Origin: an uncultured Actinomycetota bacterium
GTDB lineage: Bacteria > Actinomycetota > Thermoleophilia > Solirubrobacterales > Solirubrobacteraceae
NCBI GenBank assembly: GCA_963830945.1
Contig: CAWHOH010000021.1
Location: forward strand, 82,606 to 146,605
Direction: 5' to 3'
DNA: 64,000 bases
The notes under the pieces are model-generated. The model saw only the letters and a program-made list of their open reading frames with translations, was not told the origin of the DNA and did not search any database. The position numbers were made by a program, and so were the translations under genes. Below are positions 1 through 13,034 of this stretch, piece after piece (the first letter of the stretch is position 1; every line of letters begins with the position of its first letter).

Positions 1-1
1 G

Positions 2-811
2 GACCGTGAGAGCTACGCCGAGGCGTGGCGCCGCTGGATCTATGACGACTACTACCGCAGCTACCTGCTCCCGCTGGAGAAGTACGGCCTGGTCATCCCC
101 CACGACCTCATCGAGGAGTCCTGGAACCGGATCTGGCACAAGGGCTACATCCACGAGGTCGCCCAGTTCTTCGCCACCGGCTGGCCGTTCAACTACTGGC
201 GGATCGACGGGATGGATGACCGCGACTTCGAGTGGTTCGAGCACAAGTATCCCGGCTGGTATGACAAGTACGGCAAGTGGTGGGAGCGCTACGGCGACCT
301 GTCCAAGAAGAACGGCCACGCCCCGATCCCGTTCGACGCCGACACGGACTACGTGTATCCGCACCGGTGCTGGAGCTGCATGGTCCCGTGCCTGATCCGT
401 GAGGACATGGTGGTCGACGAGGTCGACGGCCAGGTCCGCACGTACTGCTCGGAGACCTGCCACTGGACCGACGCCGTCGCCTTCCGGCCCGAGTACAAGG
501 GCCGCGCCACCCCGTCGATGGGCAAGCTCACCGGCAAGCGCGAGTGGGAGACGATGTACCACGGCTACGACCTGGCGGAGTGCATCTCCGATCTCGGTTA
601 TGTGCGTGACGACGGGGAGACCCTCGTCCCGCAGCCGCACCTGGATCTGGATCCCAAGAAGATGTGGACGCTGAAGGAGATGAAGGGGCACACCGTCCAG
701 AGCCCCAACATCCTCCTCAACGAGATGTCGCCCGAGGAGCGCGAGGCCCACGTGGCCGAGTACAAGCGCGGTGGCCCCGCCGGCCGCAAGCCTGCGGAGG
801 CGGCCCGCTAG
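2..811 (+). CDS. prmA: Soluble di-iron monooxygenase hydroxylase alpha subunit (group 5, propane monooxygenase type), 5'-truncated by the window edge
   Basis: Frame +2 is open from base 2: [30 protein letters not shown]...[19 protein letters not shown]...[11 protein letters not shown]...[12 protein letters not shown]...[11 protein letters not shown], the PrmA/MimA C-terminus. It is followed by reductase, beta subunit and coupling protein. Confidence 0.95.
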   Translation, partial: DRESYAEAWRRWIYDDYYRSYLLPLEKYGLVIPHDLIEESWNRIWHKGYIHEVAQFFATGWPFNYWRIDGMDDRDFEWFEHKYPGWYDKYGKWWERYGDLSKKNGHAPIPFDADTDYVYPHRCWSCMVPCLIREDMVVDEVDGQVRTYCSETCHWTDAVAFRPEYKGRATPSMGKLTGKREWETMYHGYDLAECISDLGYVRDDGETLVPQPHLDLDPKKMWTLKEMKGHTVQSPNILLNEMSPEEREAHVAEYKRGGPAGRKPAEAAR

Positions 812-831
812 CCCGGGCTCCTGCCGAACGT

Positions 832-867
832 GAGGCGATCGGCCTGAAACGTATGGCCGGTCGCCTC
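832..867 (+). other. Intra-operon stem-loop between prmA and prmB
   Basis: GAGGCGATCGGCC-N10-GGCCGGTCGCCTC: a 13-bp stem with one G-U pair. Confidence 0.6.
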
Positions 868-893
868 TTCGGCACCCCGCAGGCACGACGCTC

Positions 894-1916
894 ATGGGAG
901 AGACATACACCGTCCGTCTAGAGCCGGTCGGCATCGAATTCGAGGTCGACGAGGACGAGACCGTCCTGCGCGGCGCCTTTCGCCAGGGGCTCATGCTCAT
1001 GCACGGCTGCAAGGAGGGGCAGTGCGCGGCCTGCAAGTCCTTCCTGCTCGACGGCGAGGTCGATCTGGAGAAGTACTCGACGTTCGCGCTCAACGACTTC
1101 GAGAAGGAGGAGGGGTGGACGCTGCTGTGCCGCGCCCACGCCGAGTCCGACCTCGAGATAGAGCTGATCAACTACGACGAGGAGGTCCTGCGCTCGGGCA
1201 TCGCGCTCCAGACGCGGTCGATGCGCGTGGAGGCCATCGAGGAGCTCACCCATGACATCCGCCGGCTCGTGCTCTCCGGCGACGCGATCACGTTCAAGCC
1301 CGGACAGTACGTCGACATCACCATCCCCGGGACCGAGGACGTCCGCTCCTTCTCGATGGCGAACCTCCCCGGCAACGCCCATCTGGAGTTCATGATCAAG
1401 ATCTATCCCGACGGCCAGTTCTCGAGCCTGCTCGCCGACGAGCGGCTCAAGGCCGGTGACGAGGTCTCGGTCACGGGGCCTTACGGCGTGTTCACGCTGC
1501 GGGAGAAGTCCGATCGCCCGCTGCTGTTCATCGGCGGCGGTGCGGGGATGGCGCCGATCCTCGCCCTGCTGCGCGCCATGGCCGAGAACGGGACGGAGCG
1601 CCCCGCCGTCTACTACTACGGCGCGCGCGGCCCCGACGATCTCTTTCACCTTCAGGAACTGGCCGAGCTCGAGCGCCGTCTGCCCAACTTCCGCTTCGTC
1701 CCGGCCCTGTCGCATTGCGCTGACGGCGCGGATTGGGACGGGGAGCGCGGCCTGATCACGGATGTCGTCGCGCGCATGGAGCAGGAACTCGGGGAGGTGG
1801 ACGCCTACCTGTGCGGGCCGCCGCCGATGGTCGACGCCGCCATCGCGATGCTGGATCAGGGGGGCGTCCCCGAGTCGCGGGTCTTCTACGACAAGTTCAC
1901 GACCACCGCGCCCTGA
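894..1916 (+). CDS. prmB: Monooxygenase NADH reductase (2Fe-2S/FAD/NAD domains)
   Basis: CKEGQCAACK...LLCR ferredoxin motif, RSFSMAN FAD motif, GGGAGMAP and YLCGPPPMV NAD motifs, FYDKF terminus. Confidence 0.95.
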   Translation: MGETYTVRLEPVGIEFEVDEDETVLRGAFRQGLMLMHGCKEGQCAACKSFLLDGEVDLEKYSTFALNDFEKEEGWTLLCRAHAESDLEIELINYDEEVLRSGIALQTRSMRVEAIEELTHDIRRLVLSGDAITFKPGQYVDITIPGTEDVRSFSMANLPGNAHLEFMIKIYPDGQFSSLLADERLKAGDEVSVTGPYGVFTLREKSDRPLLFIGGGAGMAPILALLRAMAENGTERPAVYYYGARGPDDLFHLQELAELERRLPNFRFVPALSHCADGADWDGERGLITDVVARMEQELGEVDAYLCGPPPMVDAAIAMLDQGGVPESRVFYDKFTTTAP

Positions 1917-1940
1917 GCGCGGAGAGGAGAGAGGCAATCG

Positions 1941-3047
1941 ATGGCAACCGACACTGAAGCGCCCGTCAAAGAGCGCAGCGTGCCCAAGCCGGTGTTCACC
2001 GACGCCGAGGCCGGGGCCAAGGAATTCCCCTCCTCGACGAGTCGCAGCTACAACTACTACACGCCGGCCAAGCGGCGAGCCACGGTCTACGAGGACGTGA
2101 CCGTCGACGTCCAGCCCGATCCCGACCGCCATCTGCTCCAGGGCTGGATCTACGGCTTCGCCGACGGGACCGCCGGCTACCCGCAGGAGTGGACCGCGCT
2201 GAAGTCCTCCAACTGGCATGCGTTCCTCGATCCCAACGAGGAGTGGGAGCAGACGATCTACCGCAACAACGCCAACGTCGTGCGGCAGATCGGCCAGAAC
2301 ATCGCCAACGCCAAAGCCGCCCGCGCCTTCGACGGATGGAACAGCGGGTGGATCAAGACGGTGGAGCGCCACGTCGGCGCCTGGGCCCACGTCGAGCACG
2401 GCATCGGGATGCACGTCTACCTGCCCGCGCAGCGCGACGCGCCCACCAACATGATCAACAACGCGCTGTCGGTGGCGTCCGCCCACAAGCTGCGCTTCGG
2501 CCAGGACCTGATCCTCTACAACCTCGAGCTGTCTGACTCCGTCGACGGCTTCGACGGGAGCGCTCACAAGGCGGCATGGGTCGAGGACCCGATCTGGCAG
2601 GGCGTGCGGGAGAACGTCGAGGGCCTCACGGGCATCCGCGATTGGGCCGAGGCCTTCTTCGCCGCCGCGGTGATCTTCGAGCCGCTCGTCGGCGAGCTGT
2701 TCCGCTCGGAGTTCATCATGCAGGTCGCGGCGCCGCAGGGCGATTTCGTCACGCCGACGCTGATGGGCGCCGGGGAGTCCGACACCGCCCGGGATGCGCG
2801 TGTGGCGCGCGGTCTGTTCGGGATGCTGGCCAACGACTCCGAGCACGGCGAGCACAACCGCAAGACGATGGATGGATGGCTGCGGGAGTGGACGCCGCGG
2901 AGCATCGCCGCGGGCCGCGCCATGCAGCCGATCTGGTCACAGCCCGGGGAGAAGGTGATCCGCTTCGAGGACTCCATGGAGCATGCGCGGCGGCGCTTTG
3001 ACGAGGTCCTTGCCGACCTGAATCTCGACGCAAAGGAAATCGACTGA
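1941..3047 (+). CDS. prmC: Monooxygenase hydroxylase beta subunit
   Basis: [44 protein letters not shown]; RBS GAGGAGAGAGG. Confidence 0.95.
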   Translation: MATDTEAPVKERSVPKPVFTDAEAGAKEFPSSTSRSYNYYTPAKRRATVYEDVTVDVQPDPDRHLLQGWIYGFADGTAGYPQEWTALKSSNWHAFLDPNEEWEQTIYRNNANVVRQIGQNIANAKAARAFDGWNSGWIKTVERHVGAWAHVEHGIGMHVYLPAQRDAPTNMINNALSVASAHKLRFGQDLILYNLELSDSVDGFDGSAHKAAWVEDPIWQGVRENVEGLTGIRDWAEAFFAAAVIFEPLVGELFRSEFIMQVAAPQGDFVTPTLMGAGESDTARDARVARGLFGMLANDSEHGEHNRKTMDGWLREWTPRSIAAGRAMQPIWSQPGEKVIRFEDSMEHARRRFDEVLADLNLDAKEID

Positions 3048-3048
3048 G

Positions 3049-3405
3049 ATGAGCACCACGACGGACCGTTTCCAGTCCAACCGCACCGCGTCCAACCGCG
3101 CCGGCGTGACGCTGATGAACAATCAGGTCGGCTACGTCGTCGCGGAGGTGATGCGCCACAAGAAGGGCGTCACCGTCGAGGTGCTGCCGTCGATGATCCG
3201 GGTCGACGGCGACAACAAGTTCGAGATCGTCTACGAGGAGTGCGCCGAGGCGCTCGGCTGGGACGACTTCGGCAACGACGATTTCGAGGAGATCATGTCC
3301 ACCCACTACGGGCGGATGGTCGTGCTCGACGACCGCATCATCATGTTCGCCAACCCCGAGGATGCAGCGGAGTACATTAGCTTCGACCTGCAGGCTCTGT
3401 CCTAA
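3049..3405 (+). CDS. prmD: Monooxygenase coupling/effector protein (MmoB/DmpM family)
   Basis: [10 protein letters not shown]...PSMIRVDG...[13 protein letters not shown]...[11 protein letters not shown]. Confidence 0.93.
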   Translation: MSTTTDRFQSNRTASNRAGVTLMNNQVGYVVAEVMRHKKGVTVEVLPSMIRVDGDNKFEIVYEECAEALGWDDFGNDDFEEIMSTHYGRMVVLDDRIIMFANPEDAAEYISFDLQALS

Positions 3406-3420
3406 GTAGGGAGGAAGAGA

Positions 3421-4467
3421 ATGTACGAGAAGAACGGTGAGAAGTACTTCATCGTCGACTCCCACATCCACATGTGGGACGCCAGTCCGGCGAACTGGGT
3501 CAAGGGGCAGGAGCAGTACGCCAAGGGGTGGATCGAGTGCTTCCACGCCTACATGGGCCTCGGCCCGGCCGAGACCCACTGGCCGATCGAGAAGTTCATG
3601 AAGTACTCCGAGGAGGACTTCGTCAAGGACGTGTTCGAGGACGGCGGCGTCGACGTCGGCATCTTCCAGTCCACGTACCTCAAGGAGTGGTACACGACGG
3701 GGTTCAACACGGCCGAGGCCAACGGCGCCATGGCCGAGAAGCACCCGGGCAAGCTCATCGTCAACGGGCGCTTTGACCCGCGCGACGGCGAGGCGGGCCT
3801 CAAGCAGCTCGAGGAGGACGCCAAGCGATGGAACCTCCAGGGCGTCAAGCTCTACACCGCCGAGTGGAACAACGGCTCCCGCGGCTGGCGCCTGGATGAT
3901 GAGGCCACCCAGCCGTTCCTGGACAAGTGCAAGGAGCTTCAGATCAAGAACATCCACGTCCACAAGGGCCCGACGATCTGGCCCCTGGACAAGGATGCCT
4001 TCGATCCCCGGGATGTCGACATCGCGGCCACGAGCAACCCTGAGCTCAACTTCATCATCGAGCACGTCGGGCTGCCCCGGATCGAGGACTTCTGCTTCAT
4101 GGCGACGCAGGAGCCCAACGTCTACGCCGGCCTGAGCGTCGTCATCGGCGGTCTCATGCACGCCCGCCCGCGATTCTTCGCCAAGGTCATGGGCGAGCTG
4201 CTGTTCTGGGTCGGCGAGGACAAGATGCTGTTCGGCTCCGACTACGGGATCTGGGAGCCCAAGTGGCAGATCGACGGGTTCCTGGACTGGGACTATCCCG
4301 ACCCCGACCACGAGGAGTTCTCGGACTATCCGCGCCTGAACGCGGCCGGCAAGCGCAAGATCCTCGGGCTCAACGCCGCCAAGCTGTACGGCATCGAAGT
4401 GCCCGACGGGATGGGCGAGCCCGACGCCGCGGCCAAGGACGACGCCCAGCTGGTCGAAGCGGGATGA
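3421..4467 (+). CDS. Amidohydrolase-family protein of prm operons
   Basis: DSHIH metal motif, HVHKGP, EHVG, FGSDY; conserved position after prmD. Confidence 0.9.
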   Translation: MYEKNGEKYFIVDSHIHMWDASPANWVKGQEQYAKGWIECFHAYMGLGPAETHWPIEKFMKYSEEDFVKDVFEDGGVDVGIFQSTYLKEWYTTGFNTAEANGAMAEKHPGKLIVNGRFDPRDGEAGLKQLEEDAKRWNLQGVKLYTAEWNNGSRGWRLDDEATQPFLDKCKELQIKNIHVHKGPTIWPLDKDAFDPRDVDIAATSNPELNFIIEHVGLPRIEDFCFMATQEPNVYAGLSVVIGGLMHARPRFFAKVMGELLFWVGEDKMLFGSDYGIWEPKWQIDGFLDWDYPDPDHEEFSDYPRLNAAGKRKILGLNAAKLYGIEVPDGMGEPDAAAKDDAQLVEAG

Positions 4468-5161
4468 GCACGGTCGAGAGTGTTCTCCGCGCTCTCGACG
4501 GGGTGATCGATCCGGAGCTCGACGAGCCCATCACGCAGCTGCGGTTCGTCAGCGCCTGTGAGGTGACGCCGGACGGCGACGTGTCCGTCCGGCTTCGCCT
4601 CCCGACGCCGCAGTGCGCGCCGAACTTCGCGTTTCTGATGGCGGCCGACGCGCGTTCTGCCGTGCGCCGGCTGCCCGGCGTGCGGCGGGTCAGCGTCACG
4701 CTGGAGGATCACTACACCGGAGAGGAGATCAACGCAGCGCTTCAGCGCGGCGACGGCTTCACCGGAGCGTTCCCGGGGGAGACGAACGACGACGAGCTGG
4801 CCGGTCTGCGTGAGCTGTTCCTGCGCAAGGCGCTCGTCGCCCGCCAGGCCACCATCTGCGAGGCGCTGCTGGGCGGCGGCCGCACCCGCGAGCAGCTGGT
4901 CGAGTGCCGCCTGCGTGACCTCCCGGACTCGCCCGAGGCACGGCGCTGCCTGGAGCTGCGCGCGCAGCTGGGAATCACCGGCGACCCCGCGTCGCCGGCC
5001 TTCGTCGCCGCCGATGGCACGCCGCTCACCACCGACTCCGTGACCCGCTGGCTGCGTATGGCCCGACTGATCCGCACCAGCCTGGAGGCGAACGGGGGCG
5101 TGTGCCGTTCGCTGCTGCAGTTCCGCTACGACCTGGTTGACGAGCCCGAGGAGGTATCCCG

Positions 5162-5165
<4 letters not shown>
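4464..5165 (+). CDS. DUF59 / Fe-S (metal-cofactor) assembly-like protein
   Basis: ATGA overlap with the previous stop; VIDPELDEPIT...RLPTPQCAPNFAFLM; C-terminal NGGVCRSLL. Confidence 0.85.
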
Positions 5166-7862
<2,697 letters not shown>

Positions 7863-7936
7863 ATCTCGCCGGGAGTGTGACGGACCGCACATAGCGCTAA
7901 GCTCCCGGGCAATAGTTCGCCGTGCGCGGACGATCG

Positions 7937-8029
7937 CAGGCGCTCGAGGAGGAGCAACCCGATGCTGCTGCGCCGCGGCATCCAGGACGCGACATGCCGG
8001 TTGCGTCCGAGCTGCGGCGCGGCGCGCGG
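7937..8029 (+). pseudogene. Degenerate fragment of a second groEL copy
   Basis: Aligns with 6522-6617 ([19 protein letters not shown]...ELRRGAR) with small deletions and many third-position differences. Confidence 0.75.
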
Positions 8030-8134
8030 GAACTCGATCAGAGGAGCGGCGCGTCCAGCGGCAGCTCGACCAGCCTCGCCGGGTCGAGCTCCATGAGCGC
8101 GCTGCCGGCCACGCGTCGCCCCGATCCACTCAAG

Positions 8135-8157
8135 AACTAAACTTATAGGTTTACTTG
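8135..8157. repeat. 23-bp AT-rich imperfect palindrome, copy 1
   Basis: AACTAAACTTATAGGTTTACTTG; 21/23 identical to 19451-19473. Confidence 0.8.
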
Positions 8158-8188
8158 GACACGCGAAGGGGGGCAGGCGCCGGGCGGC

Positions 8189-9559
8189 CTAGGTGAGCGC
8201 GGGCGCCTCGGGCAGCCGGGCCAGCGCGGCCTGCATGTCGGAGTCGGAGAACTCCGGGTCCTCGAGCTTGCCCGCCAGGTAGGCGTCGTAGGCGCTGAGG
8301 TCGAAGTGGCCGTGGCCGCAGAGGCCGAACAGGATCACCCGCTCCTCGCCCGCCTCGCGCGCCGCCTCGGCCTCCTCGATGACCGCGCGGATGGCGTGGG
8401 CGGGCTCGGGGGCGGGGATGATCCCCTCGGTGCGGGCGAAGCGCACCGCCGCCTCGAACGTCTCGTTCTGGCGGTAGGCCCGCGGCGCCACCATCCCGGC
8501 CTTGACCAGCGCGCACAGCAGCGGCGCGTCGCCGTGGTAGCGCAGCCCGCCGGCGTGGACGGGGGGTGGCACGAAGTCATGGCCCAGCGTGTACATCGGC
8601 ATCAGCGGCGTGAGCCCCGCGGTGTCGCCGAAGTCATAGGCGTAGACGCCCCGGGTGAGGGTGGGGCAGGCCGCGGGCTCGGCGGCGACGAACCGTGTGG
8701 TGGCGCCGTCGCGGATGTTGCGGCGCAGGAACGGGAAGGTGAGCCCGCCGAAGTTCGAGCCGCCGCCGACGCACCCGACCACGATGTCCGGGTACTCGCC
8801 GGCCATCTCCATCTGGGCGATCGCCTCCTGCCCGATGACCGTCTGGTGCAGGAGCACATGGTTGAGCACCGAGCCCAGGGAGTAGTTGGCGTCCGGGTTC
8901 TGCGCGGCGACCTCGACCGCCTCGGAGATGGCGATGCCCAGCGAGCCGGTGGGGTGGTGGCTCTGCCCGCGCCCGGCTTCGGTGAGGTCAGACGGCGAGC
9001 GGTGCACCGTGGCGCCCCACGTCTCCATCATGGAGCGGCGGTAGGGCTTCTGGTCATAGCTGGAGCCGACCATCCACACCTCGCACTCCAGGCCGAACAT
9101 CTGGCAGGCGAACGACAGCGCCGATCCCCATTGGCCCGCGCCCGTCTCGGTGGTCAGCTTCTTGACGCCGGCGGCGGCGTTCTCGTAGGCCTGCGCCACG
9201 GCGGTGTTGGCCTTGTGTGAGCCGGGCGGCGAGCCGCCCTCGTACTTGTAGTAGATGTGCGCGGGGGTATCGAGCTCCTCCTCGAGCCGCCGCGCCCGGA
9301 ACAGCGGGGTCGGCCGCCAGAGCTTGTAGGCCTCGCGCACCGGCTCGGGAATCTCGATCTCCGGCTCGGCCGAGACCTCCTGGAGGATCAGCGACATCGG
9401 GAAGATCGGCGAGAGATCATCGGGCCCCGCCGGTTCCTTGGTCCCGGGGTGAAGCGGGGGAGGGGCGGGGTGGGCGGGACTGATATCCGCCATGAGGTTG
9501 ATCCAGTGCGTCGGGATGTCCCGCTCGCCAAGCGTGAACTTGACCTGTGCGTCGCCCAT
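8189..9559 (-). CDS. trpB2: TrpB-like PLP enzyme (TrpB2, stand-alone tryptophan synthase beta)
   Basis: [11 protein letters not shown] lysine, [33 protein letters not shown]. Confidence 0.93.
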   Translation of the reverse strand: MGDAQVKFTLGERDIPTHWINLMADISPAHPAPPPLHPGTKEPAGPDDLSPIFPMSLILQEVSAEPEIEIPEPVREAYKLWRPTPLFRARRLEEELDTPAHIYYKYEGGSPPGSHKANTAVAQAYENAAAGVKKLTTETGAGQWGSALSFACQMFGLECEVWMVGSSYDQKPYRRSMMETWGATVHRSPSDLTEAGRGQSHHPTGSLGIAISEAVEVAAQNPDANYSLGSVLNHVLLHQTVIGQEAIAQMEMAGEYPDIVVGCVGGGSNFGGLTFPFLRRNIRDGATTRFVAAEPAACPTLTRGVYAYDFGDTAGLTPLMPMYTLGHDFVPPPVHAGGLRYHGDAPLLCALVKAGMVAPRAYRQNETFEAAVRFARTEGIIPAPEPAHAIRAVIEEAEAAREAGEERVILFGLCGHGHFDLSAYDAYLAGKLEDPEFSDSDMQAALARLPEAPALT

Positions 9560-9650
9560 CTCCCTCTCCTTTGGCTGGCTGGTGGCGCGATTCTATGTGT
9601 GAAAGCATCGAAGACCCACACGCCTATCTCATCGAGGGGGCCAACCCTCG

Positions 9651-9746
9651 CACCCCCAGATCGCCTGGACGAAGGTCGGCTCGCTGGTGGAGGGCGCGCG
9701 GCTGGCGTCGCGCAGGCTGGGCATGACACCCGCCGCGCCGGCCTGA
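9651..9746 (+). pseudogene. Relic C-terminus of a cobalamin-independent methionine synthase II / epoxyalkane:CoM-transferase-like gene
   Basis: Reads HPQIAWTKVGSLVEGARLASRRLG..*, resembling the HP.IAWAKL..LVEGARLAS terminus of that family; no upstream gene body. Confidence 0.5.
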
Positions 9747-9874
9747 ACGCGAGTAATCCGACTCACGCCAGCAAGTCGGCGGCCTCGTGCGCCGTTGCTT
9801 TGATACACGCACGCGACAAGGGGCACCACGACTCAGGCATATCGCCGAACGGTCGATCTACCCGGTGGATGAGA

Positions 9875-10639
9875 ATGGACAATCAGCCAACCGATCTGCA
9901 TGCTGATCTGGAGGGGCGCCCGCCCGCTCGCCCGGGCGCCCGCGCGCGAGCGCTGCTCGCCGAGCTGACCATCCCGCTCGGCGTCGTCGCGATTGGTGTG
10001 CTCGTCCTCATCCTCGACGGCCACGAGGTCTCCTGGCTGGCCGGCGTCATCGCTGGCGGCGGCTCGGGCGCCTGGGTGGCGCTGCGCCGCGGCGGCCGGC
10101 CCGCGCGGCGCCGTCCGGAGGCCGAGCTGCACGCCGAGCACCGCACCGCCAGGGCGCTCGATCCCCTCCAGAGCGCCGGCTGGCGTTTTCTGCACGACGT
10201 CCGCGGGTTCGACACCACCTTCGATCACATCGCCATCGGTCGTGGCGGCGTGATCGTGCTGCAGAGCATGCGTCCCGACGGCGTGGTCACGATGTGCGGC
10301 GGGGAGCCGATCCTGGAGCGCCGGCCCAGCCTGGACGCCCCGCCGCGGCTCGAGCGGCTGCGCCCGCGCGCGCTCACCGACGCCTCCGCGCTGCGCCACG
10401 ACGTGGAGCAGCTCACCGGCCGCCGCCTGTGGGTTCAGGCGGTGGTGGTGATCTGGTCAGACTTCCCGGCCGGCTGCGTCGTCGACGGCCACTGCGTCTT
10501 CATCCACGGGTCCCGGCTCGCCGATTGGCTCGCGCGCCGTCCCCACCAGCTCGATCCGGCCGAGATCGACAACGTGGCCGTCTCGGTCGCGGCCCTGGTG
10601 GAGTGCGGCGGCGAGCTCCCGCTGCCTGTCGCGATCTGA
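9875..10639 (+). CDS. Membrane-anchored NERD (nuclease-related) domain protein
   Basis: Two N-terminal hydrophobic helices, then AE.RTARAL..L...GWRFLHDV...FDHIAIGRGGVIVL; the start could also be 9869. Confidence 0.75.
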   Translation: MDNQPTDLHADLEGRPPARPGARARALLAELTIPLGVVAIGVLVLILDGHEVSWLAGVIAGGGSGAWVALRRGGRPARRRPEAELHAEHRTARALDPLQSAGWRFLHDVRGFDTTFDHIAIGRGGVIVLQSMRPDGVVTMCGGEPILERRPSLDAPPRLERLRPRALTDASALRHDVEQLTGRRLWVQAVVVIWSDFPAGCVVDGHCVFIHGSRLADWLARRPHQLDPAEIDNVAVSVAALVECGGELPLPVAI

Positions 10640-10660
10640 GCCGCGACGACCCGCCGCCGG

Positions 10661-11134
10661 TCAGCGCGTGAATGTCCCGGTGAGCCGGAGCTTGGTCACG
10701 CCGGTGTTGAGGTCATAGGTCCCGGCGATCGTGTAGGTGCACGTCTCGCCCTTGTGCAGGCCGCTGCCCGTGGTGCACGTTCCCGTGCCGGAGATGTCGC
10801 CGACCCCGTCGGTGTGGGGTGCGCTGCGCGTGAATGAGCTCGATGTGCGCTGCACGCCGTCGGCGTAGAACAGCTTCATCGTGTCGGTGCCGGACACCGG
10901 GTAGGTGGCGCCCAGCAGCACGCCGTCCTGGATCGCCGCGCCGCCGCCGTCGGGTGAGCGGATGACCCGGTAGACGGTCTCGAACCGGTTGCCGTTGGCG
11001 CTGATCTGCGCGCCGACGGCAACCGCGGTGAAGCTCCGCTTATGGCGAGCCTTCCCCGCGGCCGGGGCGACCCCCGGCACGCCCAGGCCGGCCACCGCGG
11101 CCACCGCCACGCCGATCATCGATGCTCTGCGCAT
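10661..11134 (-). CDS. Secreted hypothetical protein (beta-rich)
   Basis: Signal-peptide-like MRRASMIGVAVAAVAGLGVPGVAPA; Cys pair; high GC3 codon usage. Confidence 0.7.
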   Translation of the reverse strand: MRRASMIGVAVAAVAGLGVPGVAPAAGKARHKRSFTAVAVGAQISANGNRFETVYRVIRSPDGGGAAIQDGVLLGATYPVSGTDTMKLFYADGVQRTSSSFTRSAPHTDGVGDISGTGTCTTGSGLHKGETCTYTIAGTYDLNTGVTKLRLTGTFTR

Positions 11135-11236
11135 CACGCCACCTGCTTCCCGCCGCTGAAGAAAGGACGGCCGGCACGGTTTGGTCGCACCGGCCGCCAT
11201 AGGCAACCCCTTACCCCCTGGCCGGGGCCTAACACT

Positions 11237-11683
11237 TCAGTCCTCGAGCAGCCCCTTGGCCCGCAGCTCGTCGATCGCCGACGGTGATTTCGCGAGCCCG
11301 TCGAGCCCCATCCCGCGGAGCACGGCCTCTGACTTGGAGAACTGGACGTCGCGGTAGTCGACGATCTCGATCACGTTCCCGCTGGGATCCGTGACGCGAA
11401 GCGAGCCCGAGGCGTTGACATCCTCGCCCGCGTCGCGCAGCGCGGCACGGAGCGCCTCCTTGTCCTCGACCACCAGGCCGACGTGGCGCGCCGCGTCACC
11501 GGCGCCGAGTCCGCCCGTGACCTGGCTGAGGGCCACGAACTGGTCGCCGAGATCGATCCAGGCCATCGTCCGCCGCCGGCCGCGCAGCTCGAAGGCGAAC
11601 CATCGCGCCCACCACTCCAGCGCCTCGTCGAGGTCGCGCACCTCGAAGGCCACGTGGTTGATCCCGATCGCGCGAATGCCCAT
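11237..11683 (-). CDS. VOC/glyoxalase family protein
   Basis: GINHVAFEVRDL...RHVGLVV...DPSGNVIEIV. Confidence 0.88.
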   Translation of the reverse strand: MGIRAIGINHVAFEVRDLDEALEWWARWFAFELRGRRRTMAWIDLGDQFVALSQVTGGLGAGDAARHVGLVVEDKEALRAALRDAGEDVNASGSLRVTDPSGNVIEIVDYRDVQFSKSEAVLRGMGLDGLAKSPSAIDELRAKGLLED

Positions 11684-11753
11684 CGGCACACGATAATCGA
11701 CGGTCGCGGCCGCCCCGGCGGCCCGCCGCCATCGCCAAAAGGAGTGCCGACCC

Positions 11754-13034
11754 TTGGATCTGTCCATCCCCGCCGACGTTACCGAGCTGCTGGAGTCGAT
11801 CGACACGTTCATCGACCGCGCGCTGGTGCCCATCCAGGAGGCCAATCCGGACCTGTTCGATCATCGCCGGGAGTTCACGCGCACGGACGTCGAGCGCGGC
11901 GGCATCCCGACGCAGCGGTGGCGCGATGTGCTGGCCCAGGCCCGGCGGCTGGCCATCGACGCCGGCTTCTACCAGTACCCGTTCCCGGCCGAGCTGGGCG
12001 GCAGCGATGGATCCAACCTGGCGATGGCGCTCATCCGCGAGCACCTCGCCCACCGGGGCCCCGGCCTGCACGCCGAGCTCACGCACGAGGCCTCCGTGGT
12101 GGCCAACGAGCCGCTTGTGCTCGTGCTGCACGAGTACGGCACCCCCGAGCAGAAGCGCCGCTACCTTGAGCCGCTCGTCGACGGGCGCCTGGCGATCGCC
12201 TTCGCCCTCACCGAGCCCGATCATGGCTCAGACGCCACCTGGCTTCAGACCACGGCCCGCCGGGCCGACGACGGCCACGGCTGGGTCCTTGACGGCGTCA
12301 AGCGCTTCATCACCGGGGTGGACGTCGCCGACGCCGTGCTCGTCTTCGCGCGCACGTCGGGCCAGGACGGCAAGGCCCATGGGATCACCGCCTTCCTGGT
12401 GGACGTCGACACCCCCGGCTTCGACGTCCCCTACTACCACTGGTCCTTCAACATGCCCACCGATCACGGTGAGGTCACCCTCGACGGCGTCCACGTCCGC
12501 GACGGCGCGGTCATCGGCGAGGTTGACCGGGGGCTTGACTGCGCGCAGCTGTTCGTGCACGAGAACCGCGTCCGCCAGGCGGCCTCCTCGCTCGGCGCCG
12601 CCCAGTTCTGCATCGACCGCAGCATCGCCTACGCACGCGAGCGGATCATCTTCGGCAAGCCGCTCGCCGACTACCAGGGCGTCCAGTGGCAGCTCGTCGA
12701 GCTCCAGACCGAGGCCGAGCTGGTGCGCAACACGCTCTACAAGACGGCCTGGGAGATGGATCAGGCCGGGGACGGTGCATCGACGAGTGCCAAGACGAGC
12801 GTCTCGGACAAGGTCTCGATGGTCAACTATCGCGCCAACCGGCTGGCCTGCGACGCCGCGGACCGCGCCATCCAGGTCCACGGCGGCCTCGGCTACACCC
12901 GTGGGCTTCCGTTCGAGTTCATCTACCGCCACCACCGCCGCTATCGCATCACCGAGGGCTCCGACGAGCTCCAGCTGCGCCGGATCGCCGGCCGGCTGTT
13001 CGGCTTCACCAGCGGCCGCCCCGCGCCGCGGTGA
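11754..13034 (+). CDS. Acyl-CoA dehydrogenase
   Basis: FALTEPDHGSDA, GVKRFITG, FGKPLADYQGVQW, IQVHGGLG, RITEGSDE; TTG start. Confidence 0.93.
   Translation: MDLSIPADVTELLESIDTFIDRALVPIQEANPDLFDHRREFTRTDVERGGIPTQRWRDVLAQARRLAIDAGFYQYPFPAELGGSDGSNLAMALIREHLAHRGPGLHAELTHEASVVANEPLVLVLHEYGTPEQKRRYLEPLVDGRLAIAFALTEPDHGSDATWLQTTARRADDGHGWVLDGVKRFITGVDVADAVLVFARTSGQDGKAHGITAFLVDVDTPGFDVPYYHWSFNMPTDHGEVTLDGVHVRDGAVIGEVDRGLDCAQLFVHENRVRQAASSLGAAQFCIDRSIAYARERIIFGKPLADYQGVQWQLVELQTEAELVRNTLYKTAWEMDQAGDGASTSAKTSVSDKVSMVNYRANRLACDAADRAIQVHGGLGYTRGLPFEFIYRHHRRYRITEGSDELQLRRIAGRLFGFTSGRPAPR

Noticed and set aside
2-3405. Soluble methane monooxygenase (mmoXYBZ)
   Set aside because: The order is alpha-reductase-beta-coupling with no gamma subunit, and the motifs match Prm/Mim (group 5)
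8038-8120. Minus-strand peptide RRVAGSALMELDPARLVELPLDAPLL*
   Set aside because: It looks like another gene remnant, but it is too short and I cannot assign a family
8135-8157. Chromosomal dif site or integron attC
   Set aside because: It does not match the XerD arm TTATGT(T/C)AA, occurs twice, lacks the RYYYAAC/GTTRRRY cassette arrangement, and no integrase is present
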